The translations under genes were made by a program, and so were the position numbers. Below the pieces are notes generated by a model that saw only the letters and a program-made list of their open reading frames with translations, searched no databases and was not told the DNA's origin. From Candidatus Poribacteria bacterium (lineage in GTDB: Bacteria; Poribacteria; WGA-4E; WGA-3G): a stretch of DNA of 64,000 nt. Of the stretch, positions 10,285-20,007 are shown piece by piece; the stretch's first letter is position 1; every line of letters starts with the position of its first letter. The stretch is from the NCBI GenBank assembly GCA_963663765.2, contig CAXXUA010000005.1, positions 1,024,001 to 1,088,000 of the forward strand. The letters are read 5' to 3'.

Positions 10285-10365
10285 TAGGTATATTGCAAAT
10301 TCAAACATTTCAAGAAGTCTTGGTTATACCAAACATGACTCTTAGACTTGACCTACTTCCCACAT

Positions 10366-10806
10366 TCATCTACTCTCGTCTTCTGCGACTGCGAAAGCAA
10401 CTTCAAGTCCTTCAATTTTATTTGATCGGTTTTTTGCTCGTTCCACAACATCAATAACGACCCCATGTTTAGCACGTTTATCTGCTTTTATAATCAATGT
10501 GCTAATTTTGTGTTCATTGGCAGCAATAAACAAACCTAATTCTTCAAGATCACCTTTGGGTATTTCATAATCATCAATAGCAATCCTTCCATCGCTGCTT
10601 ATAAACAAGTTATGTTTTTTCCTTGGGAATTCGTTTTCGGTTGAGGAATCAGGTAAGGTCACGGTAAAAGGTGGCGGAACCCTCATGATGGCAGAAACCA
10701 TGAAAAAAATGAGTAACAGAAATACGCAATCAATCATAGGTGCCATCGGGATATCATCGTCGCTTGATGTATTCCTTCTACGTCTCATTTGGAGTGCCAT
10801 GTGCAT
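10366..10806 (-). CDS. exbD: ExbD/TolR family biopolymer transport protein
   Basis: PMIDCVFLLLIFFMV TM helix with conserved Asp; LIIKADK..HGVVIDV. Confidence 0.9.
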   Translation of the reverse strand: MHMALQMRRRRNTSSDDDIPMAPMIDCVFLLLIFFMVSAIMRVPPPFTVTLPDSSTENEFPRKKHNLFISSDGRIAIDDYEIPKGDLEELGLFIAANEHKISTLIIKADKRAKHGVVIDVVERAKNRSNKIEGLEVAFAVAEDESR

Positions 10807-10847
10807 TCTCCTTTCTTTACTGTTGTAAAGTGAATAAGTTAGGCGCG

Positions 10848-11297
10848 TCAGTCTCGCGCTGCAATTGCAAAGCCAATCTTATCAATACCCGCATCTTTCG
10901 CTGTATCCATCACTTGTACAATCTGTTCATGCAGTACTTGTCTTTGAGATTGGATAATCAGCATATTCTTCTGTTCGTCACTGGAATGTAGAAGTATTTT
11001 GAACATATCAGCTAACAGGACAACTTCTCCACCCAAGAGCATGGTTCCATTTTTCTCACCAGGAGCTGGATCGTCAATTTTGACAACAAGCCCTTTTGGT
11101 TTCTCTTCTGAAGGTGTACCGGGAGGCGGTAATTGTACTCGGATCCCTGGCATTGGTGTAAAAGTTGTTGACACCATAAAGAAAATCAGAAGTAGGAACA
11201 CACAGTCAATCATCGGTGCCATACTAAGTGTTGGCGGTTTGCGTTCTCTTATTCGCGTTGCCATTAGGCTTAATTTGGCTTCACCAAGTTGTTGCAT
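10848..11297 (-). CDS. exbD: ExbD/TolR family biopolymer transport protein
   Basis: PMIDCVFLLLIFFMV; IVQVMDTAKDAGIDKIGFA. Confidence 0.9.
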   Translation of the reverse strand: MQQLGEAKLSLMATRIRERKPPTLSMAPMIDCVFLLLIFFMVSTTFTPMPGIRVQLPPPGTPSEEKPKGLVVKIDDPAPGEKNGTMLLGGEVVLLADMFKILLHSSDEQKNMLIIQSQRQVLHEQIVQVMDTAKDAGIDKIGFAIAARD

Positions 11298-11324
11298 TTC
11301 AAATCTCCATTTTTGTAGAAATAG

Positions 11325-11347
11325 GGCGAGTTAAACACACTCGCCCA
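11325..11347. terminator. Intergenic hairpin after exbB
   Basis: GGGCGAGT-TAAACAC-ACTCGCCC. Confidence 0.5.
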
Positions 11348-11355
11348 ACATGTGA

Positions 11356-12426
11356 TTAAGCGTTTGCATCACCTACAATCAACTGGTTAACGATTTCAGT
11401 TGAGACCTGTGAGATTTCGACCATGTGCCGGTTAACCCAACTATCAAAGAGCTGGAAGAAAATCAGACACGGAATAGCAATTGTTAAACCACCAGCAGTT
11501 GTAAGGAGTGCCTGAGAAATACCTTCAGCAAGCTGTTGTGGATCCCCAGTCCCCTCAAGGGCGATAGTTGTAAATGCGGTAATCATACCAGTAACAGTTC
11601 CCAATAGTCCAAATAGTGGTGAAACCACAGCAACTGTTCCGAGCACGGGTAGGTTTCGTTCTAATTCAGGAATTTCAAGGAGACTTGCTTCTTCAATCGC
11701 TTCTTGAATTTCCTCTTTCGTAATATCCCGTTCCTCAATCTGTGCTTGACTGTATCTTAGAAGTCCAGCTTTTAGCACATTGGCAAGTGGTCCACCTGCT
11801 TCTTCACAAGTTGAGACAGCTTCCATAATGTTTTCTTTTCGTAACGAGTCTGCTATGCTTGCGATGAACTGTTCAGTTCCAATCCGTGAACGGCTCCTAA
11901 CAAACGTGAAAAGCCTTTCAATAATGAAGGTTAAAGCAACAACAGAACAGATAGCTAATGGATAAAACACGAGCCCGAATTTTTGAAAAAAGGTAATGAT
12001 ATTATCTTTTTTTCTCATTTTGACTCGGTCAAATATATCACCACCTGGCGCGAGCACCTTAGATTTGCCGAACCGTTCTCCATAACCTTCTTTTGCATAA
12101 TTGATGGTGTAACGTCCATCAGGTAGATCCGTCATCTCATAGGCACCGTCTTTATCAGTTGTCGTAATCAAAGGTTCGTCGTCCCCTCGCACGATTGTAA
12201 CCGTTACATCCGGAATAAGGTTCATATCGGAGGAAGTATCAACAACTTCGCCTCTAATTGTTGCTCCAGCACCGACGGTTTCAGTTTCTGTAGTGGTTTC
12301 CTCTTCCTCACCAACACTCGGTACAGTTACTTCCGTATCTTCTGCTGCTTCTTCTTGTGCCATAACGATGCCAACAGACATAAACATACAGGCAATTAAC
12401 ATAAAAATCAAACTTAAACGATTCAT
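11356..12426 (-). CDS. exbB: MotA/TolQ/ExbB proton channel protein with N-terminal signal peptide and carboxypeptidase-regulatory-like domain
   Basis: SPLFGLLGTVTGMI and GISQALLTTAGGLTIAIP; N-terminal TTTDKDGAYEMTDLPDGRYTI. Confidence 0.88.
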   Translation of the reverse strand: MNRLSLIFMLIACMFMSVGIVMAQEEAAEDTEVTVPSVGEEEETTTETETVGAGATIRGEVVDTSSDMNLIPDVTVTIVRGDDEPLITTTDKDGAYEMTDLPDGRYTINYAKEGYGERFGKSKVLAPGGDIFDRVKMRKKDNIITFFQKFGLVFYPLAICSVVALTFIIERLFTFVRSRSRIGTEQFIASIADSLRKENIMEAVSTCEEAGGPLANVLKAGLLRYSQAQIEERDITKEEIQEAIEEASLLEIPELERNLPVLGTVAVVSPLFGLLGTVTGMITAFTTIALEGTGDPQQLAEGISQALLTTAGGLTIAIPCLIFFQLFDSWVNRHMVEISQVSTEIVNQLIVGDANA

Positions 12427-12639
12427 TCGTACTGATTCTCCTTTAGGTAATTTGCCAGTTTGGCAAAAATTTCTTTTTCTATCTGTAGAATTAAAGTCAT
12501 AAAATATAGAGCAATTGCATTTAGAACATTCTACTGGGACTGTGAAATTCGTTCTTTTTGTTAAACACTTTAGTGATTACATAGTTGCGTTTTCATCAGG
12601 ATTAAACATAAAAAGATATGAACTAAAAAACATTATGTG

Positions 12640-12680
12640 GTGAGTTTGTTGGTAGTCAAGAAAGTTGCCAACAAACTCAC
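12640..12680 (-). terminator. Hairpin downstream of the 1159-aa gene
   Basis: GTGAGTTTGTTGG ... CCAACAAACTCAC. Confidence 0.65.
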
Positions 12681-12689
12681 TAAATGATT

Positions 12690-15600
12690 TTAGAAACCCA
12701 TCATCGCTCGGACGAATGTAGTATTACTTGTTGTGTTTTGCAGCAAGATTGTCGTCCTACGATATCCTGCAAGAATGACGATATTGAACCCTAACCATTC
12801 ACCTCTGTTAATAGCTTGTATTTCAAAGATTCGGGTCCGCAAGTCTGGCCGGAATAAGATAGGTACTGGTTCATCAGCTTGAAAGAACCTTAGATAAGTT
12901 ATGTAATCATTGTCTCGGTTAGAAAACTTCCTATATTGGAAACCACCGAGAATATTCATACGTTGGGTAAATTGATAATCAAGGCGTACACCGAAGATGT
13001 CTTCACGACTACTCCGATTAAACCTAAGATATTCAATTGCTTCATCGCTTGTTGGAGCGAAGAACCGCGGGTTGATTCCTTCAGGAGGAGCCCAAAGCTC
13101 GGGTTCACCCAAATTTACGTTATCACCGGTAGCAGCACGGGGAACTTGTAGTGTGTCTCCTCTTTCCCTTCCATCAAGTCCACGATCCCAGATATACTTA
13201 ACCATAGGTGTCAACGTAAAATCTTCACCGATCAAATCCATGTAGGGTAAATCGCCAAGTGGAATTTCATATCTTGCCTTGAAAATTACTTGCTGACTGC
13301 GTATGTTGCGATCCGGATAGCGACGTGCTATCCAGTTATCAACATCATAAATTAGTCCTATATCCGTATCGTCAAGTGCATTAATTCCGTGGTCGGGATA
13401 GAAAGGATATTCCCTTCTCTGTCCACTTGTACGCACTTGTTGATCAGGCACTAAGAAATCAACGCGATCATCTGTTGCAAACAGGTCATCATTGAGATCG
13501 TCAGGATCACCTTCTTCAGTCGGTATGTCTAAGAACACAGCACTATCTTCATCCGGTTGATACTGCCTTTGATTAACCAACAGGATCTTCGTTTCCAGTG
13601 TTAAGTTCGGCACAGCAGTATAGAGGAATTGAAGGGTTGCAGTATTAACAAGTGCGTTGTTGTAATCAAGTTCGTCTGTAATTTGGACCTCTTCCAATTC
13701 ACCGACACGCAATGTGATGGTATAATCTGGAATATCATCCATAACTCGTACAAGTCGGTTTTGGAATAAGACTGTTCCAAAATCAGGAATATCGCGTTGG
13801 TAAGTTATATGCATGTATTTGGAATCATTCTTGCGACGACTTGAAATTTCGCTTTCGTTTAACCAACCAGCTTGAAGCGATAGGTTGTCAAGTAGATCAT
13901 ATTCTGCTGTCAGATGATAGCCTTCCTTGTCAATCCCATATTCGTATTGTGGTTCAAAATCATCTTCAAGCGAATCAATTGTACCGTTATTATTGAGATC
14001 AATGAGGTCAGTAAAAATCGGCGGATCTGCTTCAAAGATCAAAAAATCTTCTTGGTAGTCTAAAATACCGTTTTGATCTCTGTCATCAGCACGAGGAAGT
14101 ACCCCATCAAAATCGTCATCATCGGGCCAATCATCATCATCATCATCATCTTCAATGAGTGCATAATTCTCTACATCCCATGGATCGCGTTCGGCAACTG
14201 ATATTTGTGTTCTTGGAAGGTTGTAAGGTTGGTCGCGGTCGCTATTGGAACCGAAGTCTAAATAGGTTGTCGTATATCCTGGGTCGATATGATAAAACGC
14301 ACCTTCAAGGTACAGTTTACCAAATCGAGATTTTAGATTAAGGAACCATGCGGTTTCCCTACCAAGTTCGCCATCACCATCCGTATCAGTCCCATCCCCT
14401 CCAAGCCTGGCTTCAAACCGTTCACCTTCAGTTTCGGAGTATGTTGGGATATCGTTTGCGTCAACAGGCAAATTGGTATCAGGATCAATTTGTACACGGG
14501 TATCCTCTGTCCCGTCTTCCGTTACAATTTCGGGTGTAAGTCGGCTAAATCCAACTTTATCTCTTGGCACAGTAGGATATTGCTTGTATTTTCCGTTGAT
14601 TGAGTAATGTGCTCTTATAAAGACATTACCGACAGTTCCTTCAAGATCAAGACCGTATAGAACGGCTGCTCGTGCTGCCCCGTATCTGTATGTAATTTTA
14701 CGAGGTCTTCCTTCACCATCCCATGAATCTGGGTCATCGGCAAGCTTTTCCCTATTACTAACGTAATCTGGTGATTGCCCGTAGTTACCAGGAGCTTCAA
14801 TTATGTCACGAAATGGCATTCGAATGTGACCGTCTTCAGTCTTTATCCATTCTTGTATCTCAGCATCTGATGCTGCAGCATTTGCTTCACTAAATCCAAT
14901 AATAGCGATATTGTAATCACCCGCAACAGTCATATTGAAAACAACTGATTTCACAGTTCGTGGATCGACTGGTTCAACAAACTCAGTAGGAAATTCGTTG
15001 TGAAGTTCAGTAATGACAAGGTCATACTTCATCTTGTTAAACCCTTCAACGATTTTCCACTCTCCTAAAACCGGTCTGATGGAGTCTTCAGGTGAGCGAA
15101 CAATATCCGTATCAGAAACAGGTACAATATTGGTATAATCAACTGTAACGGTGTGGGTTTGTTCAGCAAGGAGTTCTGGTTCAAATGCTTCTAATTCTTC
15201 CTCAGACAAACCTTCAGGAACAGATTCAAGTGCTTGTGTAACAATGGTGATATCCATTTTTTTGACAGCTGCACCAACACCACCTTTAAAGTTACTTACA
15301 AATAAATCGTTAACCCTATTTTCGTCAATTTGACCAAGGTCTCTATTGTTAATGAAGGTTCTGTAGTGATGATTATCTTCTGGTGAGTCATCTCGGAATA
15401 CAACCGAAATCATCTCTGGTGGTGTATTTGCCACAGTTCCCATCAATGGGTTTTCAACACGTTCGGGGTGTTCTTTATGTAGATTCACATAAGTGAACCC
15501 AACTCGGAAAATGTCTCCCAAAAGACCTTGGCCTCTAAAACCGATAAGACGTGCGTTTTCAATATGTCTTACATTTGCATCTTCATTTAACCCGTTTCGA

Positions 15601-16169
15601 CGACCAAGGGTTGGCGCAAGGTTCGCAGCTCCTTCTGTAAGTTGTACAGGATTAGAAATACGTGAGTTGATGAGTGTAAATAGGTGTCGTTCTTGCGCAA
15701 AGGAAACATCCCAGCGAAAACCATCAAATTCTGTTTTGTAAATTATATATCTATTTGGAAATAAGGTAGATGGTTTTATACGCATATGGTCGCCAATAGC
15801 AAACTCATTATATCTACCCCGAAAGGAATCTTCAGTCAATATAGTACGGTCTAACTGTGCTGAGAATCTTTCGCTGTCAAGTTGTCCTGTCCAACCGACA
15901 ACGAGTTCACCGTTCTGATTGAATGCCTTTCGTTCACGGTAATTGTAGACCTCACTGCCTTCCAGAAGTTCTTTACCAAAAAGATCGTAGAAAAACTGTG
16001 GTTCCTCTTCTAATTGGAATCGATCAGAGAATTTTGAGTCTCCATCAATTGTAGGTAAGAGAGGTTCTTGCGGTCCTAAACTTTGTGCTCCACAACCGTA
16101 AAGCACAATCCCACATAGGAAGCAAGAAACTACAAGCAAAACATTATTAACTCGTTTTAACTTGTTCAT
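12690..16169 (-). CDS. Large acidic exported protein, probable outer-membrane beta-barrel with Asp-rich Ca-binding motifs
   Basis: Lipobox-like VLYGC; DTDGDG, DRDQNG, DLNNNG and D-rich tract; amphipathic strands and terminal Phe (FVRAMMGF); strong RBS AAGGAGG. Confidence 0.6.
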   Translation of the reverse strand: MNKLKRVNNVLLVVSCFLCGIVLYGCGAQSLGPQEPLLPTIDGDSKFSDRFQLEEEPQFFYDLFGKELLEGSEVYNYRERKAFNQNGELVVGWTGQLDSERFSAQLDRTILTEDSFRGRYNEFAIGDHMRIKPSTLFPNRYIIYKTEFDGFRWDVSFAQERHLFTLINSRISNPVQLTEGAANLAPTLGRRNGLNEDANVRHIENARLIGFRGQGLLGDIFRVGFTYVNLHKEHPERVENPLMGTVANTPPEMISVVFRDDSPEDNHHYRTFINNRDLGQIDENRVNDLFVSNFKGGVGAAVKKMDITIVTQALESVPEGLSEEELEAFEPELLAEQTHTVTVDYTNIVPVSDTDIVRSPEDSIRPVLGEWKIVEGFNKMKYDLVITELHNEFPTEFVEPVDPRTVKSVVFNMTVAGDYNIAIIGFSEANAAASDAEIQEWIKTEDGHIRMPFRDIIEAPGNYGQSPDYVSNREKLADDPDSWDGEGRPRKITYRYGAARAAVLYGLDLEGTVGNVFIRAHYSINGKYKQYPTVPRDKVGFSRLTPEIVTEDGTEDTRVQIDPDTNLPVDANDIPTYSETEGERFEARLGGDGTDTDGDGELGRETAWFLNLKSRFGKLYLEGAFYHIDPGYTTTYLDFGSNSDRDQPYNLPRTQISVAERDPWDVENYALIEDDDDDDDWPDDDDFDGVLPRADDRDQNGILDYQEDFLIFEADPPIFTDLIDLNNNGTIDSLEDDFEPQYEYGIDKEGYHLTAEYDLLDNLSLQAGWLNESEISSRRKNDSKYMHITYQRDIPDFGTVLFQNRLVRVMDDIPDYTITLRVGELEEVQITDELDYNNALVNTATLQFLYTAVPNLTLETKILLVNQRQYQPDEDSAVFLDIPTEEGDPDDLNDDLFATDDRVDFLVPDQQVRTSGQRREYPFYPDHGINALDDTDIGLIYDVDNWIARRYPDRNIRSQQVIFKARYEIPLGDLPYMDLIGEDFTLTPMVKYIWDRGLDGRERGDTLQVPRAATGDNVNLGEPELWAPPEGINPRFFAPTSDEAIEYLRFNRSSREDIFGVRLDYQFTQRMNILGGFQYRKFSNRDNDYITYLRFFQADEPVPILFRPDLRTRIFEIQAINRGEWLGFNIVILAGYRRTTILLQNTTSNTTFVRAMMGF

Positions 16170-16453
16170 TAGTTTAGTATTCCTCCTTAAGAAATAATTA
16201 TTTCGGATATCAGTTCACTCACCTTAGTAATTAGACTTTGATACTAAGTATAGAATGCTACACATCCGAAAAACTTAATATGAATTGAAATTCTTGAGAT
16301 ATATAAACGAACAAGAAATATATCCGTTATGAACTCACGGCGAGTCACATTAGGTTATATTGTTAAAAGTTTTTAGGTCTTTTCTCACCGTTTCCCACCT
16401 ATTATTAAGTATGTGAATTTGTGGTAGGTTTCATTTCATAATTAAGGGTGTAT

Positions 16454-16468
16454 TGTGATAGTATCACA
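16454..16468. promoter_or_regulatory. Operator-like palindrome
   Basis: TGTGATA-G-TATCACA just downstream of the predicted promoter. Confidence 0.45.
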
Positions 16469-16490
16469 CAAAACACTTGTTTAAGTGCTT

Positions 16491-16519
16491 ATCATAACAA
16501 ATATAACATTTTTTGTCAA
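16491..16519 (-). promoter_or_regulatory. Sigma70 promoter for the 1159-aa gene / exbBD cluster
   Basis: Minus strand TTGACA-N17-TATGAT. Confidence 0.6.
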
Positions 16520-16695
16520 CTATTTGACAAAAAAATGGAAAAAAATTAGATTTCATAATACCTTAGATGAATCATATAACAATTACCATTTTTTTTCAAC
16601 AATTATTTGAACTACAAGTGTGTAAAGTTTTTGTTACTTGTCTGGACCAGGATTTTCAAATCAAGAAATCAAGAAGTCAACGGTATGAATGCCAT

Positions 16696-17502
16696 ATGAA
16701 GATTAATTTATTAATTCGGTAATAAATATTTCTCTCACGGTAGGTGGGGAATGCCTAAAGAAGCATGCGCGTGTGGCATGCTCCATGATTCATACCGTTG
16801 ATTTGGTGCTTTGTAAGCGCGCTCCCGATGGTAGGCGTGCTTTGTAAGCGCGCCCCCCAACTGCAGGCGTGCTTTGTAAGCGCGCTCCCCAACTGCAGGC
16901 GTGCTTTGTAACCGCGCCCCCGATGGTAGGCGTGCTTTGTAAGCGCGCTCCCCAACTGCAGGCGTGCTTTGTAACCGCGCCCCCGATGGTAGGCGTGCTT
17001 TGTAAGCGCGCTCCCCAACTGCAGGCGTGCTTTGTAAGCGCGCCCCCCAACTGCAGGCGTGCTTTGTAAGCGCGCTCCCCAACTGCAGGCGTGCTTTGTA
17101 ACCGCGCCCCCGATGGTAGGCGTGCTTTGTAAGCGCGCTCCTCAACTGCAGGCGTGCTTTGTAACCGCGCCCCCGATGGTAGGCGTGCTTTGTAAGCGCG
17201 CTCCCCAACTGCAGGCGTGCTTTGTAAGCGCGCTCCCCAACTGCAGGCGTGCTTTGTAACCGCGCCCCCCAACTGCAGGCGTGCTTTGTAACCGCGCCCC
17301 CCAACTGCAGGCGTGCTTTGTAACCGCGCTCCCCAACTGCAGGCGTGCTTTGTAAGCGCGCTCCCCAACTGCAGGCGTGCTTTGTAAGCGCGCTCCCCAA
17401 CTGCAGGCGTGCTTTGTAACCGCACTATTGGGACTTGATGTACCAACACGCCTACCAGGGTGGGTTAGATAGAATCACCAAATTTATTTATTAATCTCCA
17501 TA
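16696..17502. mobile_element. TA-flanked MITE (TATGAAGATTAAT / ATTAATCTCCATA ends) carrying a REP tandem array
   Basis: Inverted ends; removing the element plus one TA rebuilds the hairpin GAATGCC-ATAA-GGCATTC. Confidence 0.7.
16806..17424 (+). repeat. Tandem array of 20 REP-like 31/32-bp units
   Basis: AGGCGTGCTTTGTAA(G/C)CGCG followed by either CTCCCCAACTGC or CCCCCGATGGT; GTGCTTTGTAA counted 20 times. Confidence 0.95.
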
Positions 17503-17580
17503 AGGCATTCCCCGAGTATGAATGCCATAAGCCATACCGTTGATTTACTGGTCGTGACTGTTCTGATTCATGGTCTCCAT

Positions 17581-17788
17581 ACGGTCGCGACCGGGAGGTC
17601 GCTCCTACCCACGCAGGGGACGGTCACGACCGGGAGGTCGCTCCTACCCGCGCAGGGGACGGTCGCGACCGGGAGGTCGCTCCTACCCACGCAGGGGACG
17701 GTCGCGACCGGGAGGTCGCTCCTACCCACGCAGGGGACGGTCGCGACCGGGAGGTCGCTTCCTACCCGCGCAGGGGACGGTCGCGACC
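17581..17788 (+). repeat. Tandem array of about 5.3 x 39-bp REP-like units
   Basis: ACGGTCGCGACCGGGAGGTCGCTCCTACCC(A/G)CGCAGGGG at 17581, 17620, 17659, 17698, 17737, partial at 17777. Confidence 0.95.
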
Positions 17789-17841
17789 AGCCTGTATGAA
17801 GATAAAAAATTAAATTCGGTAATTTAGGTTAGAAATCAGGG

Positions 17842-17896
17842 GCGGTTAGAAACCACACCTATCAGGGAGTGTAGACATATTTTTGGATTTCACTAT
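17842..17896 (-). repeat. Partial copy (one end plus REP) of the MITE at 57117-57268
   Basis: CAGGGAGTGTAGACATATTTTTGGATTTCACTATA is the reverse complement of 57117-57151. Confidence 0.8.
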
Positions 17897-17957
17897 AAAA
17901 TCTACAATAATTTGACATAAGATTGATGCAGGAAGGTGTATAATTTGCAGATGGAAT

Positions 17958-19373
17958 TCAACTGGATGGGTTATTGTGAGAGGGTTTAACAAACTCTATT
18001 AGTAATGCCAGGGTAACTCCGAAACATAACCCGATAATTCCTGACAACATTACTATCAGTCTAAATTGAGGTTTAACTGCGACTTTTCTTGGAACAGCAG
18101 TATCATCAATTGCTATTCCGCCTTTTTGTGTTGGGAGCATGTTGGAGTCTGCACTGAGGATTTCAGACTCAAGATACCTTTTTTCAATTTCTTCTTTGAG
18201 ACTCCCCGCAAGTTCAATTTTAGCGCGCAACTGCGTGATTGTATGTTGATTTCCTGGAATTTGATCAAGTAAAGTCTCCAATTGGTTTCTGGTTTTTTGC
18301 AGTTCTTGGTTCAGTCGTTTTGTTTCATTTTCAGAACTCTCAATGGTCGGTGGTAGTTCAATTAATTGATTTTGTATGTATGTGTAGTGTGCAGAAGTGC
18401 CGTAAGTTGCGACAGAAGTCAACTTCGGTGTTTCATTTGCTGCTTGTTGGATAAATTCAATTTGTGCATTGAGTCCACTAATTTCATGTGAACTTTTACC
18501 TGCCTTTTTCTCATCACCGATTCGTTGTGTTTCCAGTTCAAGTAACTTTTCGCGTTGACTCAACCATTGTGGATTATGGCTTTGCGTTTCCGATATTTGT
18601 GTTTGTTTCGGTAGAGTTTTTTGGTAGGAATTAAGATGTGTGAGTCTGCGTTTAGCGGTATCAAGTGTTTGTTCTGCTAAAGCGAGGCGCTCCTGCAGAT
18701 TGAGGTTTTGTTGCAATAAACTTGTTAATCTTGGGTACCAAGTCTCTGGACTTTCGTTTTCTTTAACGAATTTCAGTATTTCGTCTGTAAGTTTTTGTAT
18801 TTCTTGATCAACTTCCACCCGTTTCTGTTCCAAAAACTTCTGATGTCTTGCTACTCTTGTTTTCTCATTCTCACTACGCAAGGTTTGCATGTCTCGTGCA
18901 AGTTGGTTTACCAATAGTGCAGCATTTCGTTCCCCACCTTCTGCTTCAGTTAATTCAATTGACAATTCAATATAGTCTGATTCTGGACGTAATTGTGCTT
19001 TTAACTTCCGTTTGAGTAACCCTACGCTTGGAAGATGCTTTATCCCAGCGTGTTCTTTATCTTCAAGGTTTTCCACCGCTGCGTTAAGCATAGACTCTGT
19101 AGAAAATCTTTCACTAATCGTTGTCATTTCCCTTCGGTCAACACCGCCTGATAGGACTGTTTGGAACAGATTCGTGGAGGAGATAGGGGAGGTATTATTG
19201 GATTGGATGAATCGCAACAATGTTGATGCAGAATAAGTTTTAGGTATACGTAGTGAAATTACAAGTGCCGTCCCTAAAACCAACAACGTGCTCAAGCAAA
19301 TAACAAAGGTGTATTTGCGTATGAATTGTATATAGTCTCGTAACGGTTCCTCTTTTTGAGGCATGCATCTCAA
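17958..19373 (-). CDS. Wzz/GumC-like polysaccharide co-polymerase (chain-length determinant) protein
   Basis: N-terminal TM followed by PKTYSAS, long coiled coil, IDDTAVP..VKP and Gly-rich C-terminal TM; no kinase domain. Confidence 0.75.
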   Translation of the reverse strand: MRCMPQKEEPLRDYIQFIRKYTFVICLSTLLVLGTALVISLRIPKTYSASTLLRFIQSNNTSPISSTNLFQTVLSGGVDRREMTTISERFSTESMLNAAVENLEDKEHAGIKHLPSVGLLKRKLKAQLRPESDYIELSIELTEAEGGERNAALLVNQLARDMQTLRSENEKTRVARHQKFLEQKRVEVDQEIQKLTDEILKFVKENESPETWYPRLTSLLQQNLNLQERLALAEQTLDTAKRRLTHLNSYQKTLPKQTQISETQSHNPQWLSQREKLLELETQRIGDEKKAGKSSHEISGLNAQIEFIQQAANETPKLTSVATYGTSAHYTYIQNQLIELPPTIESSENETKRLNQELQKTRNQLETLLDQIPGNQHTITQLRAKIELAGSLKEEIEKRYLESEILSADSNMLPTQKGGIAIDDTAVPRKVAVKPQFRLIVMLSGIIGLCFGVTLALLIEFVKPSHNNPSS

Positions 19374-19428
19374 TTTTCGTCGAAGAATCGAGTGAAAATT
19401 GCTCTCCTTTCAGGTATTTTCTCATTGA

Positions 19429-19989
19429 CTATAGATTATTAGCAAGACGAATTTCTTCATCGTTGAATGCTTCATCATGCCATTCGGTGATACGCCATTC
19501 ACCTTCTCTTTTTTCAAAGATAAACATGTTGTCACCTTCTGCGAACCAACCGGTATATCCACCTTCAAGTGATTCACCGTCTGCGACGAAACCTTGAATT
19601 CGGTAGTGGTTTCGAACTTCAGCTCTTATGCCGTCTTCATAAATTTCAATCTCGGGTGGGACAGAAAGTTCTATTTCTAAATCCTGAAAACGGCTAAAAA
19701 CGCGTATTGCTGCATCCCGTTCATCGCGAATATCGTCAAACTCCAAGTCATCTGTTTTATCACCATCCGTTCCCATGTCGGAAATGTAGCGGAAACCTTC
19801 AGTCCAATAGGCACTCATATAGGTGTCTACGTCTTCAGTTTCATATCCTTCTCTCCAACGTTTTAACACACTGTTAATAGCCAATAAATCTTCGGGTGGG
19901 ACCTGATTAACCTTATCCACATCGCCGCAACCAATCAGACTTGCTATTAAGACAAGCACACAAATGATTTTTACTATTTCACTTAACAT
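19429..19989 (-). CDS. Lipoprotein, NTF2/SnoaL-like fold
   Basis: Lipobox LIGC; W..GYE..DVDTYMSAY; FEKREGEWRITEW. Confidence 0.65.
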   Translation of the reverse strand: MLSEIVKIICVLVLIASLIGCGDVDKVNQVPPEDLLAINSVLKRWREGYETEDVDTYMSAYWTEGFRYISDMGTDGDKTDDLEFDDIRDERDAAIRVFSRFQDLEIELSVPPEIEIYEDGIRAEVRNHYRIQGFVADGESLEGGYTGWFAEGDNMFIFEKREGEWRITEWHDEAFNDEEIRLANNL

Positions 19990-20007
19990 AATATTTTTCT
20001 CTCCAAA

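Noticed and set aside
16330-16410. Cobalamin riboswitch
   Set aside because: Only a GGGAA..GGTG.GAAA fragment; no B12 box or ACTG element recognised; kept only as a generic structured leader
16806-17788. CRISPR array
   Set aside because: The intervening segments are only two recurring 11-12-nt variants (or none), not unique spacers; no cas genes in the window
16735-17827. ORFs across the tandem arrays
   Set aside because: Open frames on both strands are by-products of the repeat units; no RBS or recognisable protein
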